Below, one piece after another: positions 33,033-43,065 of a stretch of 64,000 nt of DNA. Both the position numbers and the translations under genes were made by a program. This stretch comes from Chthonomonas calidirosea (GTDB lineage Bacteria > Armatimonadota > Fimbriimonadia > Fimbriimonadales > Fimbriimonadaceae). The stretch spans positions 1 through 64,000 of the forward strand of contig CAMAPH010000007.1 of assembly GCA_945859975.1 (NCBI GenBank). Direction: 5' to 3'. Every line of letters begins with the position of its first letter. Within the stretch, counting starts at the first letter, position 1. The notes under the pieces are model-generated. The model worked only from the letters and a program-made list of their open reading frames with translations. It had not been told where the DNA came from and ran no database searches.

Positions 33033-34301
33033 ATGATGCCGGAGAGATTCGACTTCATGCGCCGACTTTGGACCAGCCCGTTTCTTGTTGCAATCTCGTC
33101 GGCTGGGCTCATGATCCTCGCAGGGTTTCTCTTCGTCTTTGGCCCCGGAAATCTAAGCGGCCGATGGATTGCCGTAGCGGCGGTTTCGATGGCTCTGGTG
33201 GCTGCCCTGCGTATTCGTGCTCTCGAGAGATCAGCCGAAACCGACCAAGGTCGACTTACTTCGCAGCTCGCTACTCTGGTCGAGCAAAACGATCGATATC
33301 GCTCCACGGTGGATGCCCTTGCCGATGGACTTGATGTAGCTTTGTTCGTTTGCGATTCAAAGGCGAACATCGAATACGCCAATCGGCGGGCAATTGCGTT
33401 TTTTCAGGCGGAGAGTTGTCGCGGAAAGAGCTTGCTCGCGGTGAGCCTCAACCCGGAGCTGGAGCAACTGGTGAAGTCAGCCGTGATCAACGAGTTGCCA
33501 CAATCCGCCGAACTCTCCTTCCGGCACCCGGTCGAGCGGATCGGCCAGGCAAAGGCGTGGCGCGCACCGGGGGACCAGGTGTTTGTCAGCGTTTATGAAA
33601 TCACCGAGCTGCGCCGGCTCGAACGCATTCGCCAAGACTTCGTTGCCAACGTGTCTCACGAAATGCGGACGCCGATGACGGTAATCCGAAACATGGCGGA
33701 GACCATGCTAGACGGAGACGATGCTGTGCTTCGAGATAAGTACCTCCCGAAGATCATCAGCGAAGTTGATCGCCTTTCGACCATCTCGCAAGACCTGTTG
33801 ATCCTCAGTGCCGCCGAATCGAATCCGGTTCGAAAGCAGGACTGCGACATCGTGGATGTGCTCACCAACGTCATTTGGCAGCTCACCCCCAAGGCGGCTG
33901 ACAAGGGACTCAAGATTGGCTACCGAGGACCTGAGGCGTTCATGATCGAAGCGAACCCGGCGCAGATGATCCAGGTAGCGCTGAACCTGATCGATAACGC
34001 GATCAATTACACGAGTGAGGGGCACATTTCGATCAACGTGAAGGAGAATCCGGAAACCATCGAAATCTCGGTTCAAGACACCGGAATGGGCATCCCCAGC
34101 GAGCACTTGCCGAGGATTTTTGAGCGGTTCTATCGGGTGGATAAAGCGAGAAGTCGCGCTAGTGGGGGTACCGGGCTTGGCCTCAGCATCGTGAAGCACA
34201 TCATTGAAGCGCACGGCGGAAAGCTGAGCGTCCAAAGCGCGCAGAACGAAGGGTCAACCTTCGTGGTTGTCTTGCCAATTGGACACCCAAGTGTTTCCTA
34301 G
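33033..34301 (+). CDS. PhoR-like membrane sensor histidine kinase
   Basis: Two TM segments, PAS-like region, DFVANVSHEMRTP, RIFERFYRVDKARSRASGGTGLGL. Confidence 0.88.
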   Translation: MMPERFDFMRRLWTSPFLVAISSAGLMILAGFLFVFGPGNLSGRWIAVAAVSMALVAALRIRALERSAETDQGRLTSQLATLVEQNDRYRSTVDALADGLDVALFVCDSKANIEYANRRAIAFFQAESCRGKSLLAVSLNPELEQLVKSAVINELPQSAELSFRHPVERIGQAKAWRAPGDQVFVSVYEITELRRLERIRQDFVANVSHEMRTPMTVIRNMAETMLDGDDAVLRDKYLPKIISEVDRLSTISQDLLILSAAESNPVRKQDCDIVDVLTNVIWQLTPKAADKGLKIGYRGPEAFMIEANPAQMIQVALNLIDNAINYTSEGHISINVKENPETIEISVQDTGMGIPSEHLPRIFERFYRVDKARSRASGGTGLGLSIVKHIIEAHGGKLSVQSAQNEGSTFVVVLPIGHPSVS

Positions 34302-35755
34302 TTTTCGATGGCGAGGTAGGCGGGCTCGGACATGTTTCCGCTTCGATCTACCGCGGCGACGGCGACGGCGTCCACTTTGAGATCCTGGCCGGCCGGGAGA
34401 TCGAAGCGATGTTCGCCCGTGGTTCCAGAGTACGGAACGACGGTCTTTGTCCAGTTGCCATTAATCCGCTGCCAAAGCGCCCAAAGAATCGGTGCCTCGC
34501 CGTCTCCAGCGGTCCATTTCACTTCCCCGTTTTTGCTTGCTTCCTTAATCTTTGGCGCGGGTGGTGCTTGCGCGTCGAGCCACGGAGTTGCCGGCGGGAT
34601 CGCATATTCCCGGTAGACCGATCCTCGAAGTGAGCTGGTGATGTTGTTCCAGTTTCGCGAGAACGCCTTCATGCTGAAGTGCACGTTGCCAGTCGCGCCA
34701 GCGCCACGGGTGATGGCAATTTGCTGCTGAACCTCGGCGGGTTTCCAGTTCCCTTCTGCCGGGTTGGTTCTTGAAGTGAAGTTTCCGGGCCAGATGTGGC
34801 GGCCCTGGATGTTTTGCTCCAGCCAGTAGTTCAGGAGCACGGGATAGCTCTGCGGGGTTTGCGCTACTGGCCAGTACAACTGCGGTGTGAAGTAGTCACA
34901 CCAGCCTTCTCGGAGCCACTTTTCAGCGTCGGCGTAAAGCTGAGCGTACTGATCGACCCCGGCTTTGATCCCTTCTGGAATCCCCGGGCGATAGATGCCG
35001 AACGGACTGATGCCAAATTTGACCAGCGGCTTCTCGCGCTTGATCAGCTTGTAAAGGTTTTGCACGAAGTCGTCGACGTTCTTTCGTCGCCAGTCCCCAC
35101 GATCCAGCTTTCCGCCACGGGTCTGATACTTCGCGTAGCTCGGTCCATCCGGGAAGTCGACTCCTTTCTCGGGATACGGATAGAAGTAGTCGTCGATGTG
35201 GATTCCGTTGACGTCGTACCGCCTAAGGATGTCAGCGACGACGGCAAGAGATCGCTTTTGGACGTCTGGCTCGCCGGGATCCATCCAGAGATATTTCCCG
35301 TAGGTTTTCACCAACTCCGGCCGGGTCTTTGAAATGTGACTGCTGTGCAGCGGAGCCTTTTGGGCGGGATGGAATGCTCGGTATGGATTGAGCCAAACAT
35401 GGAGTTCAAGACCGCGCTTCCGGGCTTCTTGGATGGCAAACTCCAGCGGGTCGTACGCCGGACTCGGGGCTTTCCCTTGCCTACCGGTGAGGTACTCCGA
35501 CCACGGTTCCAGCTTCGAATTGTAAAGCGCATCGGCAGATGGCCGAACTTGGAAGATCACGGCATTGAGGCGCAACTCGTGCGACCGGTCCATGATGGCG
35601 ACGAGCTCTCGCTTCTGTTGCGCGGTGGTGAGGTCTCGCTTCGATGGCCAGTCGATGTTGTCCACCGTGGCGACCCAAACACCCCGAAACTCGCGTTGGA
35701 ACGGCGGCAACTCCGGCTTCTGAGTTGCGATCACGAGCAGCGGGAGGAGGGCCAT
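34298..35755 (-). CDS. GHL10 / DUF187 (YddW-like) glycoside hydrolase
   Basis: EFRGVWVATV.NIDWPS, HVWLNPYR, GIHIDDYFYPY, FGISPFG. Confidence 0.88.
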   Translation of the reverse strand: MALLPLLVIATQKPELPPFQREFRGVWVATVDNIDWPSKRDLTTAQQKRELVAIMDRSHELRLNAVIFQVRPSADALYNSKLEPWSEYLTGRQGKAPSPAYDPLEFAIQEARKRGLELHVWLNPYRAFHPAQKAPLHSSHISKTRPELVKTYGKYLWMDPGEPDVQKRSLAVVADILRRYDVNGIHIDDYFYPYPEKGVDFPDGPSYAKYQTRGGKLDRGDWRRKNVDDFVQNLYKLIKREKPLVKFGISPFGIYRPGIPEGIKAGVDQYAQLYADAEKWLREGWCDYFTPQLYWPVAQTPQSYPVLLNYWLEQNIQGRHIWPGNFTSRTNPAEGNWKPAEVQQQIAITRGAGATGNVHFSMKAFSRNWNNITSSLRGSVYREYAIPPATPWLDAQAPPAPKIKEASKNGEVKWTAGDGEAPILWALWQRINGNWTKTVVPYSGTTGEHRFDLPAGQDLKVDAVAVAAVDRSGNMSEPAYLAIEN

Positions 35756-35836
35756 GGTTGAGTCTATCCCGATGAATCTTTCGGCGTTTGTCCCGTGGAC
35801 CGCATCGAACCTAGCGGAAACGCGGTATCTCTTGCC

Positions 35837-36388
35837 ATGCCCGAAGAATTGGAGACAAACGCCAAAAAAGAACTGACCGCGAGCAGCGTGACCGCCACGC
35901 TGACGCAGGTGGTGCTCCCGATGGGCCTGGTTATCGATGAGGTCACGTTCTCGGGCAACGCGATCACGGTGCAGATGAACCCGCTGGATATTCGCGCGCC
36001 GCATCCCGCCACGGTTGTTGCAACGGTAAAGCTCACGTCGCTTGATCGATACCTAGAGACCGACGCCCCAGGAGGGCTCAAGAATTTTCACTGCGAAGGC
36101 GAGGACGGTTGGCTCTACGTTAACGCAACCAAGAAAGTCATTTTTGAGTTGGCGGTCAAGGCAAAGTGCCGCGTATCCATTCGCGACCAGAAGGAGCTTT
36201 GGGTGGACCTGGCGAGTGTGGAGGTCATGGGTGGAGCTTCGGTGACGAACCTCGTGCAGAGTCAGCTTGCGAATCTCAATCCCCTGTTCTCGGTCGCGGA
36301 ACTGCCGATCGTGGCTCGCCTCACCCACGCGGAAGTTGGGACTGACCAAATCGTGATCCGGCTGGAAGTTGGACCTCCAAACGCCTGA
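35837..36388 (+). CDS. Hypothetical protein (LmeA/DUF2993-like)
   Basis: 184-codon ORF with a beta-rich lipid-binding-like pattern; family assignment weak. Confidence 0.5.
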   Translation: MPEELETNAKKELTASSVTATLTQVVLPMGLVIDEVTFSGNAITVQMNPLDIRAPHPATVVATVKLTSLDRYLETDAPGGLKNFHCEGEDGWLYVNATKKVIFELAVKAKCRVSIRDQKELWVDLASVEVMGGASVTNLVQSQLANLNPLFSVAELPIVARLTHAEVGTDQIVIRLEVGPPNA

Positions 36389-36411
36389 GCGGGTACCTTA
36401 TTGGTCCGCTC

Positions 36412-36497
36412 GGGCGAGTGGCGAAATTGGTAGACGCACTGGATTTAGGTTCCAGCGCCTAAACAGCGTGAGAGTTCGAGTCTCTCCTCGCCCACCA
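36412..36497 (+). tRNA. tRNA-Leu(TAG)
   Basis: GGGCGAG/CTCGCCC acceptor stem, CTGGA-TTTAGGT-TCCAG anticodon arm, long variable arm, GTTCGAG, encoded CCA. Confidence 0.95.
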
Positions 36498-36498
36498 C

Positions 36499-36840
36499 TT
36501 ACTTCTTCTTAAACTGCCACTTGTCGCTACGGCTGCCGTTCTCGAGTGGAACAAGATTTCCTTCGAAGAGCTCGTAATTCGCCCCAACGAGTCCCTGGCT
36601 CTTGCCGAAGGTCACTTTCGAACCTTCCATTTTCCAGTCGGTCGATAGTAGGTTCATCGGACCCGCGTCGAGGCTGACCTTTCCGTCTTCTTTGAGTTCG
36701 AGCACGACTTGGTCGGCACCGGGGAGCAGGGCACGGGCTTTCGGGTCTTTGATATCGACGCTGTACTTTCCTACCGGGCTCGGCCCACCACAGCCGAGGA
36801 CAACTAGGAGCGCGAGCGGGGCGAAGCGGGCAAATTTCAC
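36499..36840 (-). CDS. Lipoprotein
   Basis: Lipobox VLGC; GTG start with TAGAAT 6 nt upstream. Confidence 0.7.
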   Translation of the reverse strand: MKFARFAPLALLVVLGCGGPSPVGKYSVDIKDPKARALLPGADQVVLELKEDGKVSLDAGPMNLLSTDWKMEGSKVTFGKSQGLVGANYELFEGNLVPLENGSRSDKWQFKKK

Positions 36841-36849
36841 AACCAGATT

Positions 36850-37716
36850 CTAGAGCATTTTCTTCGATGGAGCCAAATTCTGAGACGAGGAGTCCCAGGA
36901 TCGCTCGCTGGCGCCTTCCTTGATTGACTGCACCATGCTGGCGTAGATCGCCTCCGGGGTTGCGGCCTCCACTTTTCGGAATCGCACTTTCACATCGACT
37001 TTTCGGTAGTAGGGCAACAGGATTTGTAGCGTCGCGGCGGCCCAATCACGGTCGGCGGGTTCTCGAAGGTATTTCAGCATGACCGCTCGATTGGCCCTCT
37101 CGGAAATCACGCCTTCCACGAATCCGGTCACGAGAGTCACGCCCGGAAGTCGAGCGGCCAGCTTCGCAACGCTCGGAGACCACGTGTCCAAGCTGCAGAT
37201 GCCGTCTCTTCGTAGGCGCATGTCCGGTTCAATTCTTCCCGCCGGGAAGGTTAACAAACTTCCCCCCGCCTTGAGATGCGAAATCGCTTCGCGAATGGCT
37301 TCGGTTGAGTGAGGCTGAACGAGGATCAAGTGCTTCTGAATATTCGGCAAGTGTCGAAGGAGCTCACGTTCCGCAGCAATAATCTTCAGGTCTTCCCGAC
37401 CAATGGCCGTCCAGACCGCCATCGCATCCGTCATTCCGGGATGGTTGCAGGCCACGATCAAGGGCCCGGACTTCTGTAGTTCCTCGGCGCCGGTGATTGT
37501 CACGGATCGAGTGAACCGATCAAGAATGAACTGTCCAGACGCGACCAAGCCGTGTTCGAGAACGCAAGCATCGAACTCGCGCAGAAGGCGCGCAAATCGC
37601 CTTGCTGGCAGTCTCGCAAGGCCACGCCAAGGTCCCACAGTGCTGGATAGTTTGAACGCTCGCAGGAGATCGTCGACGCAGAGCTCGGTTAAGGCGTCGG
37701 CGTTGCGATCGTACAT
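36850..37716 (-). CDS. PlsC-like acyltransferase
   Basis: CNHPGMTD (HX4D) and FPAG; start uncertain because the longer ORF overlaps the divergent gene. Confidence 0.75.
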   Translation of the reverse strand: MYDRNADALTELCVDDLLRAFKLSSTVGPWRGLARLPARRFARLLREFDACVLEHGLVASGQFILDRFTRSVTITGAEELQKSGPLIVACNHPGMTDAMAVWTAIGREDLKIIAAERELLRHLPNIQKHLILVQPHSTEAIREAISHLKAGGSLLTFPAGRIEPDMRLRRDGICSLDTWSPSVAKLAARLPGVTLVTGFVEGVISERANRAVMLKYLREPADRDWAAATLQILLPYYRKVDVKVRFRKVEAATPEAIYASMVQSIKEGASERSWDSSSQNLAPSKKML

Positions 37717-37781
37717 AACCTTACATACCGCCAGTTTCTGCGTAGCGTTGCCCAAAAGCCAATCACGGGAATACTGCAACC

Positions 37782-38711
37782 ATGAGCGCGCGCCTTCCTG
37801 TATCACCATATCCGTCCGTCGGAGCGGTGGAGTTACTCAGCTATCTATATGAGATCAACGGAAAGGCAACGTTGTCTGGCCAACATAACCAGCTGTACAA
37901 CATGTCGAACGAGTCGGCGGCGATTCAGACCCTGACCGGAAAGTACCCAAAGGTTTGGGGCGGCGAATGGGGATTTTCGGACGAAAGACATGACATTGAT
38001 AACATTGCTTACCGCCCGAAGTTGATGAGCGAGATTCGGCGGCACCATGCGATGGGCGGCATTGTCGTGATCACCTACCACCAGGCCGATCCGCGAGTTG
38101 GAGAACCATGCGACTTTGATCCGGGCGTCATTGGCAACCTGACCGAACCGGAATGGGACGAGCTTTTCGACTCCGGCTCGAAGCTTCACGCCGTTTGGCT
38201 AGAGCACGTGGACCGTTTGGCAGAAGCATTCAAAGAGTTACAAGCCGAAGGGATCCCGATCATTTTTCGGCCTTACCATGAGATGAATGGTGGTTGGTTC
38301 TGGTGGGGCGGCGATGCTCCCAGATTCTTGCTTCTCTGGAAAATGATCTTTGACCGATACGTCGGTCATCACGGGCTGACGAACTTGCTTTGGGCTTGGA
38401 ACCCGGATAAACCATGGCCAGGTGTCGAAGAGTTTTATCCTGGTCACGATACGGTGGACCTGCTTGGGACCGACATTTATCCGGGGCAAGACCGAGATGA
38501 GACTTATCCGCAAGAGTGGTTCGAGAGGATGAAAGGTCTCGCGGAAGGTCGTCCCCTTGCGCTTTCGGAGAACTCAGAGCTACCGACCGTGGCCGATCTC
38601 GAACGTCAACCTTGGGCGTATTTCATGGGCTGGGACAACTTGACGCTGAAGGCAAACTCGGAAGATGCCATCCGGGCGACGTACTCCGCATCGAGGGTCA
38701 TTTCGATCTAG
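37782..38711 (+). CDS. GH26 beta-mannanase-like hydrolase
   Basis: LSGQHN, IFRPYHEMNGGWFWWG, YPG...VD.LGTDIY, ALSE. Confidence 0.9.
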   Translation: MSARLPVSPYPSVGAVELLSYLYEINGKATLSGQHNQLYNMSNESAAIQTLTGKYPKVWGGEWGFSDERHDIDNIAYRPKLMSEIRRHHAMGGIVVITYHQADPRVGEPCDFDPGVIGNLTEPEWDELFDSGSKLHAVWLEHVDRLAEAFKELQAEGIPIIFRPYHEMNGGWFWWGGDAPRFLLLWKMIFDRYVGHHGLTNLLWAWNPDKPWPGVEEFYPGHDTVDLLGTDIYPGQDRDETYPQEWFERMKGLAEGRPLALSENSELPTVADLERQPWAYFMGWDNLTLKANSEDAIRATYSASRVISI

Positions 38712-38930
38712 GTCAACCCTCCGCCCCCTCCTTCGTTAAGGGGAGGTTATCGTGAACCTCAATTGTTCCTGAAGGCCGAGCTTTTCGGAACATCCCAGCC
38801 GTCTTGTTCGTACTACGGGCTAGATAATTTGCGTCTCCTGATTATTCGGTGAACAAATCACCCGCTTCTTCGTCAAAGCCAGCTTCGATCTGTCACGATC
38901 TAATCGCTCCAATTCCGCATCTCTTGACTC

Positions 38931-40505
38931 ATGAGCCTGAACCTTCCCTTACGTTCCCAACCCGAATCGCCTGAGATTGCGAGCAACGGACTCGAGTTTG
39001 TTGACCTAAATCTCGTCAAGCCTGAACACGACGCAATGGCTTTGGCCCCGGGAGATTTCGCGCTCAAGAATCAGCTTCTCCCCCTGGCCCTTGATGGAGA
39101 AATGCTGGTGGTGGCCATGCCGAGCTTGCTTTCGCTGCCGGCAGTTGACGATCTCAGCATTTTGGTGCAGCGCCCGGTTCAAGCGGTTCTCGCCGATCCG
39201 AACCTCATTAAGCTCAAGATCGAGGAGTTCTTCCTAGAGCGAATTCTGAGCCAGTTGCCCGGAGAAGAATCCGGCATTGGCGAGCTTGACGACAGCACGG
39301 ACCTTGCTGACCTTACCAAGATGGCCGGCGAAACGGCCGTCGTCCAGATGGCCAACCTGATTTTTGCGCAAGCGGTTCGCGACGGGGCTTCGGACATTCA
39401 CATCGAGCCGTACGAGCGCGAAGTCAAGGTTCGATATCGCGTGGACGGCATGCTGATGGACATGATGCGGCCGCCAAAGCGCATGCACGCCGCCTTGGTT
39501 TCGCGACTAAAGATTCTTGGCGAGATGAATATCGCCGAGCGCCGACTACCGCAGGATGGACGAATTAAGGTTACGATCGCCGGACGCCAGATTGACGTCC
39601 GCGTAAGCATTGTTCCAACCGTCTACGGCGAGCGCGCGGTAATGCGAATTTTGGACAAGGGCACGGCGATGCTCGGTCTGGAAGAACTCGGAATGCAGAC
39701 CGACGTTCTGACCAAGTACCGAAAGCTGATCGATATTCCTTACGGAATCATCCTCGCGACGGGTCCTACCGGATCTGGTAAGTCGACTTCCCTTTACGCT
39801 TCGCTTCAAGAAATCTGGAGCCCGACCACGAACATCCTCACCATTGAGGACCCGGTCGAGTATCAGGTTCCGGGAATCAGCCAGATTCAAGTTCGGTCGG
39901 CGATCGGCTTGACCTTCGCTTCGGGACTACGATCCATTGTTCGTCAGGACCCTGACGTCATCATGGTTGGCGAAATCCGTGACCAAGAAACGGCAGACAT
40001 CGCGATCAACGCAGCACTCACCGGTCACTTGGTCTTCAGCACCCTGCACACTAACGACGCGGCCGGTGCCACCACGCGATTGCTCGATATGGGCGTTGAG
40101 CCTTACCTTGTTGCATCGTCGCTGATGGGTGTTATCGCCCAGCGACTTTTGCGCCGAGTTTGTTCCAACTGTGCCGAGGAGTACATGCCGCGCCAAGAGT
40201 CGCTCGAAGCAGTGAACATTGACCCAAGCAACATCCCGGCTGGTTCCGTTTTCCGTCGCGGCGTTGGTTGCGATAAGTGCAACCAGACCGGATACAAGGG
40301 TCGACAAGGTTTGTACGAATTGCTTCTCATCGACGAAGAGATTCGCAGAATGACGGTCGCCCGACAATCCTCGAACGCGATCAAGTCTTACGCCATCAAG
40401 ACTCAAAACATGCGGACCTTGCTGGGCGAAGGAAGTCTGGCCGTGTTGGCCGGAAAGACGACGCCGGAAGAAGTCATGCGCGTCTGCCACCGAGACGAGT
40501 TCTAA
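38931..40505 (+). CDS. gspE: Type II secretion / type IV pilus assembly ATPase
   Basis: ASDIHIEP, RLPQDGR, GPTGSGKST, RQDPDVIMVGEIRD, tetracysteine motif. Confidence 0.92.
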   Translation: MSLNLPLRSQPESPEIASNGLEFVDLNLVKPEHDAMALAPGDFALKNQLLPLALDGEMLVVAMPSLLSLPAVDDLSILVQRPVQAVLADPNLIKLKIEEFFLERILSQLPGEESGIGELDDSTDLADLTKMAGETAVVQMANLIFAQAVRDGASDIHIEPYEREVKVRYRVDGMLMDMMRPPKRMHAALVSRLKILGEMNIAERRLPQDGRIKVTIAGRQIDVRVSIVPTVYGERAVMRILDKGTAMLGLEELGMQTDVLTKYRKLIDIPYGIILATGPTGSGKSTSLYASLQEIWSPTTNILTIEDPVEYQVPGISQIQVRSAIGLTFASGLRSIVRQDPDVIMVGEIRDQETADIAINAALTGHLVFSTLHTNDAAGATTRLLDMGVEPYLVASSLMGVIAQRLLRRVCSNCAEEYMPRQESLEAVNIDPSNIPAGSVFRRGVGCDKCNQTGYKGRQGLYELLLIDEEIRRMTVARQSSNAIKSYAIKTQNMRTLLGEGSLAVLAGKTTPEEVMRVCHRDEF

Positions 40506-40506
40506 G

Positions 40507-41712
40507 ATGTCGACTTTTGCCTACACCGCCCTGGAGCCGACTGGCAAACGCAAGTCGGGCTTTGTCGATGCGGCCAATCTCGAAGCTGCAAAGGCGCAGA
40601 TTGCTGCCGAGGGCCGATTTGTTGTCGATATCCAGGAAAAGCGAGTTGCCGCACCGGCTAATTCGGGACAAAAGAAGAAGGTCAGCAAGTCCGATCTTGC
40701 TTTGTTCACGCGACGAATGGCGGACTTGGCTTCGGCCGGCTTGCCTCTGGACCGCGTTTTGCAGGTTGTCTCAGAGCAGTCGGAGAGTTCCACGCTGTCC
40801 GAAGTAGCCCAGCAGGCGCTCGATGACGTCCGCGGTGGTTTGCCGGTTTCAGACGCCCTGGCCAAGCATCCTAAGCTGTTCCCCGTCATTTACACCCAGA
40901 CCCTGAAATCTGGTGAAGCCAGCGGTCAGTTCCCTGAAGTTGCCACCCGACTTGCGGAGTTTCAGGAAACCGAAGTCGCACGTCGGAGCCAGGTAACAAG
41001 TGCATTGGTATATCCGAGCATCTTGGCTTTTGTCGCCCTCGGCGTGATCATCTTCATGCTCACCTTCGTTGTGCCGCGACTCGCAGGCATCTTTAAGGAT
41101 CTTGGCGATAACCTGCCAGCGACGACGAAGATCCTGCTTGCCACCACGGGATTCCTCACCAACAACTACATCGCCATTTTTATCGGCATCGGCGTAACGT
41201 ACTTTGCCTACCGAGCCTGGGTTCAAACCGACCAGGGCGCGCTGACCCGAGATAAGTTCTTCTTGAATGCTCCCGTCATTGGCCCGGTTGTAAAGAAGGC
41301 AACGGTCTCTCGATTTGCCCGCGTCCTTGGCACCCTGGTTTACGGCGGCGTTCCGATTCTTCAGGCCCTGGACCTCGCCGGATTGGCTGCTGGCAACCGA
41401 GTTTTCTTGAAATCGGCCCAGGCCGTGCAGGACGATGTGCGAGATGGCAGACCGATAGCGGACGCCATGCGAGACACCGGAGCTTTCCCGCCCGTCCTCA
41501 CCAACATGGTAGCGGTCGGCGAAGAAACGGGTGATCTTCCGAAGATGCTTGGCCGAGTGTCCGACTCCCTCGATTTTGAAGTGGATAACGGCATGCGCCG
41601 ACTCACAGCGTTGGTTGAGCCAGCCATCGTTCTCATCATGGGCGTGTTTGTAGGGTTCGTGGTTTTGTCCGTCCTCCTGCCCATTTTCGCCGCCCAAGAC
41701 CTGGCTAAATAA
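40507..41712 (+). CDS. gspF: T2SS inner-membrane platform protein
   Basis: LASAGLPL, GEASG, YPS, GEETGDL, LVEP. Confidence 0.92.
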   Translation: MSTFAYTALEPTGKRKSGFVDAANLEAAKAQIAAEGRFVVDIQEKRVAAPANSGQKKKVSKSDLALFTRRMADLASAGLPLDRVLQVVSEQSESSTLSEVAQQALDDVRGGLPVSDALAKHPKLFPVIYTQTLKSGEASGQFPEVATRLAEFQETEVARRSQVTSALVYPSILAFVALGVIIFMLTFVVPRLAGIFKDLGDNLPATTKILLATTGFLTNNYIAIFIGIGVTYFAYRAWVQTDQGALTRDKFFLNAPVIGPVVKKATVSRFARVLGTLVYGGVPILQALDLAGLAAGNRVFLKSAQAVQDDVRDGRPIADAMRDTGAFPPVLTNMVAVGEETGDLPKMLGRVSDSLDFEVDNGMRRLTALVEPAIVLIMGVFVGFVVLSVLLPIFAAQDLAK

Positions 41713-41763
41713 CCCAACTGAACAATGAAACTTTCTCGACGACTACCCACTACACAGAACGAC

Positions 41764-42198
41764 ATGAAGATCAACCGAACTCACAAACTCCGCGGTTTTA
41801 CGCTCATCGAATTGATGGTCGTCATCTTGATCATCGCGATTTTGGCGGCCTTGGTTGTGCCGAAAATCGTGGGTCGAGGCAGCGATGCAAAGATCTCGGC
41901 GGCAAAGGCCAACATTTCCACGCTCAGTAGCTCGATCAACGCGTTCCGCTTGGATACGGGCCGCTACCCAACCACGGAAGAGGGTTTGTCGGTTCTTCGA
42001 ATTCCACCGAACGACGTTCAGAACTGGAAGGGACCTTATACGAGCAAGGACATTTCAAACGACCCTTGGGGCAATCCGTACATCTACGAGTACCCAGGTC
42101 CGTTCGGCGCTGAGTCCTTTAACATCATCACCTACGGAGCCGATGGCCAGCCAGGTGGTGAAGGCGAAGCCGCGGATGTGAGCGAGGAAGAGCTATAA
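41764..42198 (+). CDS. gspG: Major pseudopilin
   Basis: RGFTLIELMVV, FRLDTGRYPTTEEGL, WKGPY, DPWGNPY, GADGQPGGEG. Confidence 0.95.
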   Translation: MKINRTHKLRGFTLIELMVVILIIAILAALVVPKIVGRGSDAKISAAKANISTLSSSINAFRLDTGRYPTTEEGLSVLRIPPNDVQNWKGPYTSKDISNDPWGNPYIYEYPGPFGAESFNIITYGADGQPGGEGEAADVSEEEL

Positions 42199-42692
42199 GC
42201 CGAAGAGCCTTCACTCTTCTCGAGCTATCCACCGTTGTCCTCATCCTCCTCGTTTTGGTATCCACCGTCGCACCGCAGGTGATGGCGTGGGAACGAGGTC
42301 GAATCGAACGCAAGTTCATTGGGGACCTCGTTCGGTTGCCCCGAGAGACTAAAACGGCCGCCGTTAACGCCAGCGAAGAACGGTCGATCCGGTACGACGC
42401 CGCAACTCGTAAGTTCGAAGTGCAGGGCGAGCAATTCGTTGCCGAGATTCCGAATGACACCGTGACCATCACGGTGCTGAAGGATGGCAACGATGACGTG
42501 TCGGAGAGCGACTGGGAGCTAACGTGCTTCCCTGACGGAACGTGTAAGCCGGGCGGTTTACAGCTATCGATTGACGGACGTACGTTCTTCATTTCGGTCA
42601 GCAAGAACGGCGATGTCACGACGGGTGACACTGAACTCCCGCCGTTTGAAGATGAGTCATGGTCCGCTGGAGAAATTGAAACTCGTGGTTAA
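42195..42692 (+). CDS. gspH: Minor pseudopilin GspH-like; probable ATA start
   Basis: (I/M)SRRAFTLLELSTVVLILLVL prepilin motif; no ATG/GTG/TTG between the in-frame TGA at 42159 and the motif. Confidence 0.7.
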   Translation: MSRRAFTLLELSTVVLILLVLVSTVAPQVMAWERGRIERKFIGDLVRLPRETKTAAVNASEERSIRYDAATRKFEVQGEQFVAEIPNDTVTITVLKDGNDDVSESDWELTCFPDGTCKPGGLQLSIDGRTFFISVSKNGDVTTGDTELPPFEDESWSAGEIETRG

Positions 42693-43065
42693 GAAACGCG
42701 GATTCACGCTGATCGAGGTGCTGGTGGCCATCATTTTGCTGGGCACCGGGATCGCTGCCGTGAGTCTTGCCCTCGGTAATGTGGCGCGAAACGCAGCTCG
42801 GATAGAAGAGAGCGCTTCCCTTAACCGACTTGCGGCGCGAAAGCTGGATGAGTTGGTGGCGACCGGCGAAGCGACCAATGGAAACGCTTCTGGAACATTT
42901 GAAGAAGAAGGATTTCCAAACGTGAACTGGGCCATCACTTCGGAGCCATCCGGGGTTGAAAACCTCAATACGATCACGATAACGGTCTCGAAAGAAGCGA
43001 ACGACGAAACCGGAAAGCAAATTTCAACTCTCGTGTTTGTGCCGCCGGTGGAGGAGGAAGCTTGA
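42685..43065 (+). CDS. gspI: Minor pseudopilin GspI-like
   Basis: KKRGFTLIEVLVAIIL; position in cluster. Confidence 0.75.
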   Translation: MVKKRGFTLIEVLVAIILLGTGIAAVSLALGNVARNAARIEESASLNRLAARKLDELVATGEATNGNASGTFEEEGFPNVNWAITSEPSGVENLNTITITVSKEANDETGKQISTLVFVPPVEEEA

